Origin: Lobosporangium transversale | Taxonomy: Eukaryota | Direction of reading: 5' to 3' | NCBI RefSeq assembly: GCF_002105155.1 | Contig: NW_019028980.1 | Location: 1,054,001-1,118,000, forward strand | DNA length: 64,000 nucleotides | Notes under the pieces: generated by a model | What the model was told of the DNA's origin: nothing | The model's database searches: none | Seen by the model: only the letters and a program-made list of their open reading frames with translations | Shown: piece after piece, positions 24,450 to 37,808 of the stretch | How positions within the stretch are numbered: position 1 is the stretch's first letter | Layout: each line of letters opens with the position of its first letter | Position numbers and translations under genes: made by a program

Positions 24450-26100
24450 GTAGCAAGAGGTCAATCGCCAAAATTTCAGCTATAAAGGATGCGGTATCTC
24501 ATATCTGTCCATATTCTTCATCTTAAACTCCTCTTTCCACAATCTCTCTTAACATGACGAAGAATCTCAAATTGAGCTCCTTACAGCTTCCAGAAAGCAT
24601 CTCTCACATTGGTGTTTTCTTGGGCCTATACTATCTCTTACGTTATGTCTTCACAACATATTTGTCAGATTCATTTAGGAGGACATCCGAATCCAAAATG
24701 AAATTGTTCTCCCGAACAAATCTGTGGAATTCAATAGTGCTTTTAAAAAGCAAGTCGACAAAGATGAATGTCCTTGTCACCAGCCTACAGTGGAGTGAGC
24801 AGAAGGCCTTTAATAGAAAGGCCTCCATGTATATCGACATGCAACGTTTTAAACCTTGCAGACAAGAAAGTGCCTGTCTATCTAACTCATGTGTCAACTA
24901 CTTGCATCAGTAATGCATGTGCAAAAACAAAATTCTTCAAAGTCGTCCTTCGTTTGCACCTAGCTATATATTTACGAATACATTTTCAACTAAAGCTGCC
25001 ACAACAGGAACTTACTTTCAAGAAGGTCCTCAGATGCTGCTCGATACCTTGGATACAGCTCAGTTCTCTGAATTTCGGATGACCCTTCGGAATCGAATGT
25101 CTGAGGATTTCTGCAAGCAAAAGTGCACAACAAGTCGAAATTAGTTCAAATACTAATGGGTAGAAGAATGATAATGCTCGAGCATATTAAAAACTATGAT
25201 CATTTCACTTACAAATTTGTGAAGGAATCGATCTCCTAACCATTTCTGCCTCAAGCACTTGAGGAAACCCCTCCCAGCCCTCGCTGTTGCCATGCTGGGT
25301 TTAAACTTTTTGAGTCGCATTTGAGATGACATATGCGTAAGGCACATCCTACCAATATTTCCGACACCAAGCGCATCAAGATCAAATACACCGCCGTGGT
25401 ATTTTAACCGTGGTAGGGCTGGCCTCAGGGAACTGGTGCGGTTGGTATAGTGGCAATGTGCACTGGTAGAATATCCATGAATGCCGCCTAGCAGTTTGGT
25501 CTGATACTATTGCTGTTAGAGACAAAGGTTTGAGCCTACAGTCAATTGATTTTTAAATGCTCGAATGACAACCAATTTTAGCTCAGTATGGAGGTCCGGC
25601 GACATACCTCTAGCGAAAAAAAGTATTTTGCTTTTTTTTTTTTTTTTTTTTTCTTAGGCTGAGGAAAGAAGGTGAGAAAACGGTAAAGTTGGAGGTAAGT
25701 GAATGGTGGACACAGTGTATCGTGCATCGTGATTATGTAGCCTAGATATATAGTTTTTGCTGATTGATTTTTACTGAATGATTTTCTGTTGTTTTTTTTT
25801 CTTCCTTGGCATGCAATAGATAGTTGTTTTCTGCTAGTAGAAAGCATAGGAAACTGGATCTGACCTGCCTATGGGTTGATGGAAACTAAATGGGCAAATT
25901 TGCCCGTTTTACGGTCTAAAGGATAAATTAAGCGATTAAGCCCAAAGAAGTACCAAGCTCTTAGCCTTGGTGCCACAAGCCCTCCTCTTTCCCATTTCGC
26001 AGGGCACAGGCCATACTTCTCAATTAAAGTAACTAAGCTCCTCAACGCAAGGCACCGGAGTATTCCACGACTTTGAGTGTCCAATCAATTATTTCACACA
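24450..26100 (-). pseudogene. Degenerate spliced coding relic, possibly a MULE-type transposase
   Basis: Fragments occur in order: LIEKYG, FGLNRLIYPL, CLTH (CxxH), FLKCLRQKWLGD, IQGIEQH. Intron-like GTAAGT...CAG segments and many stops are present. Confidence 0.35.
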
Positions 26101-27065
26101 CATGTACCACTGATTGAGGAAACCTGTCATTGAGCCCTGTTGTATCATGGAGACTATGGACGATGTCTGAAGGGACTTAGGACTTTGCAAGAAAAGATCT
26201 GAGTCACCTTTTCTATCAGACCTAAAGGTTGTGATACAGTTCTCCAAACTACTTTTTCTATTAAGGGAGGGTAAACCGCTGCTATAGCCTCACAATTAGA
26301 AGCATTCAGCGAAGACGAAGGGAAGAAGGAGTGGAGGAGTGGATGGGAGGATAGAATAGAGAAGAGGGCTGAGGAAGAAGGACGGAGAAGTTGGATTAGG
26401 AGGCAGATGGGGCCCTCGGAACACGGGATGGGGTTAAAAGAAAAGGGTATGAAGGGATGATGAAAAAAGAAGAAAAAAGCTTATACTATCTTTGCCACCA
26501 AAATTGGTCAGAGAATATTTTAAGTCCAATCTTCGTGGGAATGAAGCTGGCAGCGAATTGGTCTCAAATGAAAATCACCTGGCTATGTATTTAAAAGTAT
26601 GACTTCAGTCCGAGTAATTTCCTCCGCACATCCTTTTTTGTGCAAAGAGGTAGTGCTTTCCTGCAATCTCAAGAATAAAAACAAAAGTGGATAGTGATAC
26701 GAAACGTTTTATTATTATTATTATTATTATTTATATTAACAGGACAAAAAAAAAGTTTTTCGTTACGGCCTCTATTAGGGATGAAGTCGTCTTTTTGCTT
26801 AGCTTTAACGAATAAGCGACCTTGATGCTAATTGATTTTGTTGCTATTACAGCTACTTCTTTCTTTCTTTTATTCCGGACAAGGCGATTGTTTGAATAGC
26901 ATTTCAGTAATAATTAAGCTAGGCGAGAGGAGAAAAAAAAAAAAAGGCAATAGTTACTCGTGTAAGAAAATATCTTGAGTTCGAGAAGTCCTGCGAGTAG
27001 CGTGTGTATCCCTTGCAACAAACATTTCCTTTATTTATATTATTCCACTAGAAAAAGCCCATTGT

Positions 27066-29961
27066 TCAAGTATATCGCCTTATCCTTGTTCTCGGGCCTG
27101 CATTCCTTTCTAGGGTCTGCTCATTGTCTTCTTCCTGGCTCAGCACCTCCTGTACTTCGAATATTGTGCCAGAACTAGGATTCAATTGCGGAGCGTTTTG
27201 CTCGAAACTAGAAGAGAGTTCGAAAACCTGAACGACCTCAGACGGTAAATTTACTTGCGAGGATGATGTGGAGTTTTCCTGTTTCGATGTTTGCTCAGAA
27301 TCACGTTGTTCTTTATAATCTTGCCCTCGATCTTGTTGTTGGTGCTCGATTCGTTCTTGTTCTCTGATGTCTAACATCGGAGCGGAGGGTATAGGAAGAG
27401 TAGAGAAGGGAGATGTAGGAATAGAAAGTAATAGCTGGGAAAGATTTTGATTTTGTTGATCTTTTGGTTGCATTAGCTGCGTTGGCTCTGATGTTTGTGA
27501 ATATGATGATGGTTGTGATAACTGCGGTGATAATTGCTGCTGTAGTATGCTATTGTGGTTAGGGAGCTGATGCTGATGCTGTTGACATTGGTAGTAAGGA
27601 GGGGCTGCTTCCTCTGGAATACAAGTAGATGATGTTGACGATATGGATGTCCTTCTACAGAGCGGGCTCATCGGTGATGGCGACGGTAATGGTGGTATTA
27701 ATGAAGACGACAACGGTAAAGATGATAGCGGTATAACTGGTTCTTCAATACTGTTATAGTGGTTGCTACGGGCCGTCGTTATTGCTGTCCCTCCTATTGA
27801 AGTCATGGGAATTTCCTCGGATTGTGAGGTAGCAATATTAAAGTCTTTGTCGTTATTGGTAAAGCTGCTACTGCTGGGTTCTAGAAGTGGAGCGGAAGGT
27901 TGGTGCCGCAAAGACGATAATAGAGGTATATGCGGTGCTGGTGTCAATGACAAAGCTCCTGTGCTATTGCTTTTTCTAATACCACCGTCACCGTCACTAC
28001 CTATATCTCTGGCTCTGCTAACACTACTGCTGACACCGCTACTGCTGGAGAAAGATGTTGGTAAGGTTCGCAAAACAGCTGTAGCAACGCTCATAACGTT
28101 GGCTGTACTTAGTACATGATGATTCTCAATTCTTTGGACAGGTGCTCTTGACAAAGAGGAGTCATCAGTAAGGTCGGAAGTGCTATAATCTGAATCATCT
28201 AGATCAGGATTTAGTGTAGTGAAAAATGTTGGCCTTGGATGTCGTTGCAGTGGTACACCCTGCATATATGCTGTTGCGGTGTCTATCGCATTTGTTGACA
28301 TGCCATTTTCTGTGGCTAGAACCTTATCTCTACCATCAAAGTCATAATTCTGAAGGAGTGGGTCCTCAATCTTGTTGACGTTCTCTCTAGCTCCAGGGCG
28401 ATCCATGTTGTCGCTACTGTCGTCACCATTAAGACTATGTTTACCCCTCGGACCAAGTTCTTCTTCACTATCGTCCGCGGATAATATTTGTAAAATCTTG
28501 CTTTTCAGCCATCGTTGCCATTGTGGCCACCGCCAACGGACAAGAAGATACATCATGAGGGCTAGTGAAATCAACCCACCTACGACCGAGCCTCCGATGA
28601 TGGCGCCTGTATTGTTGTTCTCAGGAAGGTGGAAGGGAGTGCCGTAGTTGTCAGTGATGTTGATTTCATAAGTGACCTTGGTCGCCCCTGCACTGAACGG
28701 CTGATGGAGTGGGAGTCCAACCATGGGAAATCCATCCGCCGAGTTGATCATGAGTGCGAACCGTTTGAGCTCTTCGTTATAATATCCTTCGATCGGTTGA
28801 AATGACGCTCCTTTAACTTGATCCAAATTATACCGATATGGCCCGTCTAATGATGCATCAGAGCCATTATTATCCTTAATATCTTCGTATAAGCTCACCC
28901 CGCCAAATCCCGCAAAGCTATCGCCATCCTGACCCTATGTAATTATTCATTATTATGAGAAGGAAAAGTATTAAAAAAAAAAAAAAAAAAAAAAAAAAGA
29001 ATGATCATAATCATGATTTTTTGCCCCCTCAGCCCCTTTGCATTTTTGCATGTATCGTACTTGGCAAAAGATATAAAGAGTATCCTTGTAATAGCTGCCA
29101 TACAGGAATGATAGATCGCATGTGTCCAAGCTGTCAGATTTTAACACACGTGGATTAGTTGGTGGCTGAAATACCAAGGGATTACCAGAAATCGGGATCT
29201 GGGTCATAATAGTTTTAAGTGCACCTGTTTTGTTGTTGTAAAGGTATGTCCCGACTTGATAAAGCATGTTGTTGCCATAAAACAACCACTTTGGGTCTCC
29301 GTAAATGAGAGGATCCTTTTTTTTAAAAAAAAAAGAAAAAAAAAAAAAAAAGCCGTTAAGTTTTTCATGAAATACAATATTCAACTGTTTTTTTTTTTTT
29401 TTTTTTTTTTTTTACCAAAGTCCAGTTTGCAATATTGGAAAACATATTAAAGTCTTCGCCATTTGAATACAGCTTGCCAATGTTGATAGTATTAGCAGTA
29501 CCAATAGTGGCCTGAAAAAGCGTGGAGGTTCCCGGCCAATTGAAAAGGATGAAGTTTGCTGTGGCATCATCCCATCGATAATCCGGAGCTATACTGAAAT
29601 TGGACCAACGATTACTCCGTGGGTCATATTGTAAACCTCCGGGTGCACGCGTTGGGCGTGACCTTGGATAGGACTCATCTGTCAGCGTCAGGTTGAAATA
29701 GGACATCATGGAGAAGACACCTGTCGTTGGGTCAACATGACAGACGTTAGGTGAACGATCTTGTGGATCGCTCGTAGGACGAGGCCAGGCCGAGACCAGT
29801 GACCAAGTGATATCAGTCACAGATCCAGGAGATGGATTGGATTGAACTAAAATTACACTGTCATGGTCTGGCCCATTACTACCGCCTAACGACTCGTATG
29901 CCATCCCAAGTAGCCTTGTTCCATTTAGTGTAATACAACTCAGATGGTTAATAATGCCCAT
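27066..29961 (-). CDS. Single-pass membrane protein with beta-rich ectodomain and low-complexity cytoplasmic tail (exons 29961-29416, 29315-29061, 28934-27066)
   Basis: Phase-0 GT-AG introns join three ORF fragments. TM segment GAIIGGSVVGGLISLALMMYLLV follows the ectodomain. It is a paralog of 30538-32188. Confidence 0.8.
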
Positions 29962-29996
29962 GGCCACAAAAAATACATATATATATATATAGATAA

Positions 29997-29998
<2 letters not shown>

Positions 29999-30059
<61 letters not shown>
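29999..30059. repeat. (AG)n microsatellite, about 30 units, adjoining a short (AT)n
   Basis: Read directly. Confidence 0.97.
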
Positions 30060-30064
<5 letters not shown>

Positions 30065-30537
30065 GCTTCTAGAAAATAGAGGATGGTATTATCGTTGTTA
30101 TATTATAATTATAATGTACATTCAACAGGACAGAAATGAAAGATTAAATGATTTCATGAAATGAAAAAAAGGCAATGTCAATAAAAAAAAAAAATAATAA
30201 AAAGCCAGGCGAGAGCATAAATGTCTTCAAGATATTACAACGTGCTCTCTTTCTCTCTCTCTCTTTCTTTCTTTCTTTTTTTGTTTTTTGAAAACAGGTC
30301 AATTACAAATGGCAATGCATTGTGACGGAATAGAAGAATAACAAAGAATAGAAGCGGTCAATTTTGCTTGTTTTCTTGTTTAACAATGAAATGGTACTAC
30401 AGAAAGATAGAAAGACAACAGAAAGTCTCCATCTGTGTAACAAATAATATGGTCGTGATCAAATCAAATCTTGAGTCAGTAACCACGATCGGGGCATGCA
30501 TCAATTATTCGACCCCGTTACCAGGCAAAGAGCCGTT

Positions 30538-32188
30538 TCAGGAAAGAGACCTAGTCATATTACGACTCGCATCTTGACTCCGATATTGTCCTAAATCCTC
30601 TTCTTCGACCGGAATCTTGTCTCTGCCATCCAGGTCATAGCTTTGGATGGAAGATGCCTCAATCTTGTCCGTCTCAACAGTAATACCAGCAACGCCATGT
30701 CCCTTACTCTTGTCAGTATCACTGTTCTTGCTCTCAGCAGACATTGACTTGGCAATCTTGCTCCTCAACCGTTTGCGCAAATGTGGCCAGCGTCGACGGA
30801 AGATCAAGAAGACTAGAATCAGTAATGCGCCTACAATAGACCCCCCGATGATGGCTCCAGTATTGGTACCACCGTCACTATCACTGTCGCTATTGTTGCT
30901 ACTATCAGTTTCATTTTGTGGCATTGAGTCGAATGGCATACCATATGGCTCTGTAATGTTGATATGCCATGGGACCGAGTCCATATGTCCTATATAAGCT
31001 GGATCAAGCGAGATCTCCACGGTTGGATCTCCGTCCCACCAAATCCCCGTCAGGAGTGCATTTCTACCAACACCGTCTTCATCAAAGCCTCCAAAAGGAT
31101 GGATCATCGCGCCAGCAAAACGTGGGCCGTCTGAGGGATAGGCAGCATTCAGATCATTGATTGCATTTGGGCGCGCGTCATACATCCAGATCAACCCATG
31201 TCCTTCAGGAGCCTAAATTTCATTCATTTCATGCGGAGTTTAAAAATAAAGGAAACCATTCTTTTGTTTATTTACAATCCATTTTTTCAGAGGTTTTTCC
31301 GTTGTAATTTACCTGACAGAAGACATAGACAACGTATCTGTAGTAGATACCGGCTTTGAATGGGCCGCAACGGTCCAGAGCTTGAGCATGATATACAGTA
31401 AGGTTAGCAGGGAGCGTGAACTTTGCAGAGTCGCCTGAGATTGGTATCTTTGTCATTAGGTTTTTGAGCTCTCCTGTTTTGCTATTGACTACCTGCGTTC
31501 CAAACTGATATAAGGTATTGTTGCCATAAACAAGACGAGTGGGAAGGCCATACACAGTAGGATCCTATTAAGACCATCTCGGTTAGAATGAAATGAATTC
31601 ACACCCTTGCCCCCCTTTTTTTTTTTTTTTTTTCCTCTTTATATTTACCAATTCCCAAGACATCACATTCATGAATTGATTTTGGCCCTGATCATTAATG
31701 GTCAATTTGCCCAAATTCACTGTGTTATTCTCTCCGATGTTCGCTTGGAATAATGTGGATGTTCCAGGCCAGGAGAATAATGTAAAAGTAGGTGAATAAT
31801 CCGACCATCGATAATCGGAAGAGACTGCAAACTCTGACCATTTGTTTGATCGGGGGTCATATTGGAACCCTCCGGGAGGTCGCTTGGTGATAGTTCCGTC
31901 AGTATTAGGAAAAGTAACATTATAGGACGTCATCTGAGTGAAAACACCTGTTGATGGATCCACATGGCAGAACTTGGGTGATTGGCTCTGCCGAGACGGA
32001 AAGTCCAGATCATGCCATGCTGCTTTGAGGCTCCAAGTTAGGTTCCCGACTGTGGTGGGAAACTCTTCAGATTCAAATAGAATGACGTGGGCCCCCTTTG
32101 GAAACTTATCACCATAGTAAGTCGTATGAGTCATCCCTATTATCCGAGTCCCATTATTGACAAGGCAATCAGGAGAGAGTAGACCCAT
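30538..32188 (-). CDS. Tandem paralog of the 27066-29961 membrane protein, with short cytoplasmic tail
   Basis: Shares CHVDP.TGVF, PGG.QYDPRSN.WS, DYRW.D, WPGTSTLFQA, IPISG, TGAIIGGS and DGRDK with its neighbour. Introns fall at the same positions (after W.L and FCQ). Confidence 0.75.
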
Positions 32189-32189
32189 T

Positions 32190-32223
<34 letters not shown>

Positions 32224-33098
32224 CTAATAAAAACAAAGGATATGCTTGAATATATAAGTGAGGTATCAAAAAAAGATCAAGGAAACAAAGTAAAGCGAAT
32301 GGATGGAATGGATGAAATGCATGAATGATGATGACGATGAGAAAAAAAGAGTGGAATGATTGATTGTGAGAGAGAGTAATGGTGGCAATTGTTTGTTTTA
32401 GTTTCGAACGTGCTCTTCTTGAAAGGCGGAATGTTTGAATCTGTAATCTTGGTTTAATTTTAAGATTGCCCAACGGACTATTACATCTGAAGTCATTCAT
32501 TGAGCCATAATAGTATTGATAATCTTGATAGTCTTTCTTGAATGAACAAACGACCTGAAGAGGTATCATGCATGTAACTCAAAAAATGCCCCTTATTAGT
32601 TTATTACCTATAAAGCTGGTTTTTTTTTCTCCACTTTATTAATTAGAGTACAGTAAACCGAAAGGGCGAAGCATCCAAAGAGTCTGATTGTAACACAGAT
32701 TGTTTGAGTTACATCAAGGTGCGTTTTGTGTATGGTGTCGCAGTTTGGACCCCTGTTTTTAATATCAATATTCATCTATACATCTATACGATTATGCTAT
32801 GCGATTAAGTCACGAAAAAAAAAAAAAAAAAAAAAACTGCCTTTGCCAAAGTTTTTGGGATCTGCATGCATTTCGTTTTCATATGAGGTATTAAGTTTAA
32901 CCTGACAAAAGATGTGTGGCTCGTCCTCATTTAGCGTATTTATGGAAGCTAAAGTCCTCGCAGAGTTATCCATACTTGGGGCATACTAGAGTAATGGGGT
33001 AATTAAAACTGTTCACATTATAAATGTGAAATTGATCAGAAATGCGACATGTAATGGATAGCATCTGTACTCGGGTCAAGAGCCCTGCAATCCCTCCT

Positions 33099-33137
<39 letters not shown>

Positions 33138-33463
33138 AATGAAATGAAAAAGGAGGAATGACAAGCGGAATCAAGGACATGATTTAATAGTCAAAATCAT
33201 CAGGAGGCCTCAATCTGATCAACGGGTCAATTGCACACCCAAAAGACGTTGATGAACAAATTTGATAATCTTTTAGAGCATTTCTACAACAGTTACTGTC
33301 TTTGAAAAGGTTAAATGAAAACTGCCATTATTATTATATAAAAAAACGTGATTGTATATATTGCAGCAATGGGCTTGCATGCTTTCTCCTTCCTATCTAC
33401 TTTTTTGTATGGCTACTGCTGTATTTTTTTTTTTTTTAAAAAAGATAAATTATTAAATATTAT

Positions 33464-33907
33464 TTACACAGCCTGATCTCCTGATGGGTGTTCAATTTGG
33501 TACTCATTCTCGACATGTGGGTTATCACCCTTGCCATCGCGCCAAGCAGCCAGACGCTTCTCTCGCTCCAAGTGCTCCTCCCATTCCAAAGCGGAGACCC
33601 ACTTGCTCAAGACCAAGGTAAAGTAGATACCCAAGATCATACCGATTGTGACCATGACGGTGGCAATGGTTGCAGCTGTTCGGCGGCGACTATCACATCT
33701 GGCTTCATCCCAGCCCTTGCTTTGGTTACGCTCCAAGCATCCGCGATTGACCTTTTCAATATGATGCTCCTCCACAGCGATGTAAACAATACCCCAGCAC
33801 AAGAACATCAAGATGAATCCCCAGGAGGCTGAAACGAATTGACGGTGATGCCATGTGTTACCCTAAGTTTAAAGCATCAACAAAAACAATTAGATCATGT
33901 TTATAAT

Positions 33908-33949
<42 letters not shown>

Positions 33950-34625
33950 ATATACGTAAACATAGCGTAAGATTTTTTTTAGCGCAAGAACATACCTTTG
34001 TAGTAGCCCAAATACCATAAAGACCTGTAAAGAGGAGAAGAATGCAAATGACTGCCCATGGGATAGCAAGGTCTGTTTCCGCATGTGGCATGATCCCTAT
34101 ATGAAGATGAAACAAAAACCATTAGAAAAAGAAAAAGAAGAAAAACCTCTCGGGACAACACAGAATTGTCATATGTATAAAGATCCATAGGGAAAATCGC
34201 AAAGAGCCTTGGATGGGGCTGAATAGGCAGTTATGATTTGGATCGCATAAACGCACGCTAATTTTTTTCTTTTTTTTTTTTTTTTTTGGTTATACCCAGT
34301 CAACTACAGGAATTTTGTAAAGTAATAAACTCATAGTTGACTACAATCTAACCAAAAAGGACTATAACCCACTCTAAATTTTTCCCATTCTATTTTTTTT
34401 TTTTTTCCTGTCTTATGACATACTAAAAACAAAGAACGATGTATTTCTTCTAGGACAACAACAACAACAGCAGCAACAATAACCACCACCAAAAAAAAAA
34501 AATTACTTACATCGACCGAAGCAGAGGATCATGAAGACTAGACCAACGACAGCATAGAAAGCAGCGAGGATAGGAGCAAATGAGGCTGGGTTGATTACCC
34601 CAAAGAATTTCTCAAATATTCTCAT
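33464..34625 (-). CDS. Four-TM membrane protein with a Cys pair in the large loop (exons 34625-34511, 34096-33996, 33862-33464; ~204 aa)
   Basis: Splicing yields an open frame MRIFEKFFGV... with four hydrophobic segments. No family assigned. Confidence 0.75.
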
Positions 34626-35511
34626 GATGGAATTATAAAGATAGCGACAACAGTTCTAGTCAATCAGTGCTACGCTGCTGGTGTTGACAAATAAGATGTG
34701 TATGCAATATGGACGTTAGATAGAGAGAGAGGAATGAGAATGGATGAAGGAGCAGGAGAGAGGGAAAGGATTAGAGAATTTCAAGATGAAATGGCTAAAG
34801 AAGAGGGAAAAAAAAGAAGAAGAGAGGAGAAGAGAAGAGAAGAGAAGAGAAGAAGAGGAAAAAGAAGAAAGAGAGGAAAAGAGGAAAAGGGAGAAGGGAG
34901 AGGGAATAAGTGAGATTACGAAGAGAGCAAAAAGATTTGAGAGCAATGGGCAGTTGGACAAGTGAAAGTAAGAAAAAGGAAAAATCAGACAGACATGACC
35001 TGGCTTTTCTTCCGTTTTGAATCACCCGAACTTTGCTCTTTGTCTACAACTGGTGTTGGGACCTACATGTACCAAACAAAAACTGCTCTCATTTTTTTTT
35101 TTTTTTTGTTTATTTATCGCCTCTTGAAGTGTGCACCATGATACAAGTGCGTAACATGTACATGTTACATGTAGCGTGTTGTCACGGCTCAATTACAACA
35201 TTTAGCCTCCCCCCATATTCACTAGGCTAGACCTTTGGTCCGAAAAAGATTATAAAAGAATCCATTTCATCATTCGTTTGCTCCATGTCTTCTATAGACA
35301 GTTGTTGTAGGTAGTAAGCAACAATGTAGCGGAAGAAAAAAAGAAAGACCACTGCTTAATAGGGATAAACAATTACATGTAGTATAAAGCTTTATTTTAA
35401 ATCCTAAAAGTACAGTGTATTTTTACCGGGAAAATTGGTTTTTACTTTTTTATAACCAGATTGTTGGTTCAAAATGAAAAACAAAATTATAATAATAATA
35501 AAAAAAATGCC

Positions 35512-37670
35512 TCAATCCTGTGCCTGCTTCTGCATCTGTTGTCGTCGTCTGTATGTATACCCTCCGCCACCACCTCCCGGAATCCCTGCGGAAACCAAAT
35601 CACCATCCTTGAGAACGATCCCCTCCCCAACTTGCTGACCACCGATCAGTGCCTCTGCCAATCCCGCAGGAACACCCTTTGGCAAAGGCTGCGCTACATC
35701 ATGACAGTAAGCGTTCAATCCATTTGACCAAACATATCCATGGTGGATCACATTCTGTAGAATCTTGTAAGCCTCTTTGTTGGCATAAGGGATCCCTGTT
35801 TTAGGATCTCTGTACTTGGCTGGTAATCCAGTGATTTGACATATCGGCTTTCGCTCTGGATCTAATGAATATAAAGATCTGTTTTCAGTCATCAAACGTT
35901 TCAAATTGCAACACAACCAATGCCAAAGAGCGGAATTAAAATAAATAAATAAGAGACAGGCTTGTGATCGCAACATACAGCTCTCCACATAGGACCACTC
36001 GTTAATGGGGGAATCTTCATCCTCATAACCCACAAATGTGATCCAGTTCCGTCCACACATCTGTGACGGATGCAGCTTCTTTCGTTTACGAGCTATTGAT
36101 CCAACAGACATGTTCATCGTAGCCCAATGTGCCGGTGTCATGGCTCCAGTGGGTATACTTTCACCTAGAGTACCTCCACTTGCACCAGCTCCTCTCCGAT
36201 CCTGGTCTTCAGCTGGTGAGCTCATCTCTACATCACCGACTGTCGATCGTGATATGTCGACGTTCATAGGTGAACTAGGCGCTTTGTGCTCACTATTATC
36301 AACCGTATTGAGGTCAATTTTCAGCTGTCGCCCTTCTGGTCCCGGACTGGGATGCCTCGATATAGGCCTTGACTTTACTGATGTTGATGTTGATGTTGAT
36401 GTTGGTGCTTGCTGTTCCTGCTGAGCCTGGATTTGCTGCTGTAGTAATAGTGATTGTGCTAGTGATTGGGCGAGATTATGTGGAGGAATGCCTCCTGTAG
36501 AACCATATTGTGTCGGCAGAGCTTCTGGTGCGACACTGCCTGCCCTCGATCCTGCTCTCGAGCCAACCCTCGTAGTACCGCCTCCTGGAGTAGCGGCGCC
36601 TATTTCTGCTAGTGCCTTAATCAAGGGCCCATGTCCAATCCATTCTGCAAACGAATGATATCTAACAAATGACTGCATCACCACTTCCTTTTTCTTGACC
36701 ACTTTTTTCTTTTCCAGCTCCTGTGCTTTGAATGCCCTAAGCGAAGCCAGGTTGATGGCCTCAGTTTTTTTAGCCTCCTCCAAAAGTTCTTCCTGAGTCA
36801 TTTTATGCACAACAGCCTTTTCACGCTTCGGCTGCATTGCTTTCCGCGTCTCATACTCGAGTAGCTTCAGCTCTGTCTCCTGATTATTTAGCACAGTCGT
36901 TCGACGCGATGATTTCCGAATCTCCGCGGGAATTTTGATATTCATGGTTGATGCTGTTGTTGACCCTGATGGTGCAGGGGACGCAGCAGCAGATGTATTC
37001 GACGATGCTGTAGATGTTGCTCTTTTAGAAGATTCCGATGCAAGGATAGGCGTAGTATCCTTTTTAGAGCTTGACGTTGCCTGACCTCTTTCTTTTACGC
37101 GTCCACCTTTTGCTGATGGTGTTGTTGTTGCACCGGGTAGAGAAAACGCCGACTTTCCTGTTTTGAGGTGTTGCAGCATTGATTGCTGCTTTTTCCGCGC
37201 TTTAGCTTCCTCAGGGTCCTCGCCTAGGTTTGCTTCCTCATCCTCTTCAGGCTCTTCATCTGCACTAGACTGATCAAAGTCTGAATCGACTATATCCTCC
37301 TCCTCTAAAGTATTGAGATAGAATTACAGGAAGAATGTTGGCCAATGAGTCAAAAAAAAAAAGTGGTCTTAACAAATATTATGTTCAAACATGATATATT
37401 TTATTCTTTACCATATCCTTCAACCTCAAATTCTTCGTCTACCCCCTCATCATCGAACAACTCCTCCATCTCCTCCTCTTCATTCAACAATGCAAGAAGT
37501 CTACATTTTTTTTTTTTTTTTAAACAGCGGGCAGAGGTTATGTTAATGAATTCTTGACAAACTATCTAAGCTATAACACAGTTCCCTTCCTATCCTTGCC
37601 ATTCTCCTTCCTCTTTTTGGAGCTCATACCGATTTCCCGCATTCGCGCGCTTCTCCCTGTTTGCGGCCAT
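35512..37670 (-). CDS. VPS72: SWR1-complex subunit Vps72/Swc2 (YL1)
   Basis: N-terminal REKRANAGNR and acidic DIVDSDFD, RKSSRRTTV, MTQEELLEEAKKTEAINLASL, and the YL1-C motif CQITGLPAKYRDPKTGIPYA. Confidence 0.93.
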
Positions 37671-37808
37671 GATTTCTAGAATGGACAAAGAAGGGTTTAA
37701 TGGGATCATGAATACAAGTTTTTATTGTCAAGGGAACAAACAGTCTCGCTCACGTGTAATATCGCTTTTTTTATATTTTTTATTTAATTAAATTTTACAT
37801 CTCTATCT

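Noticed and set aside
34698..35025. Lys/Glu/Arg-rich and Ser/Leu/Phe-rich ORFs
   Set aside because: Translation of a purine-rich (GAAGA-like) simple-sequence tract in the leader/promoter of the minus-strand gene at 34625.
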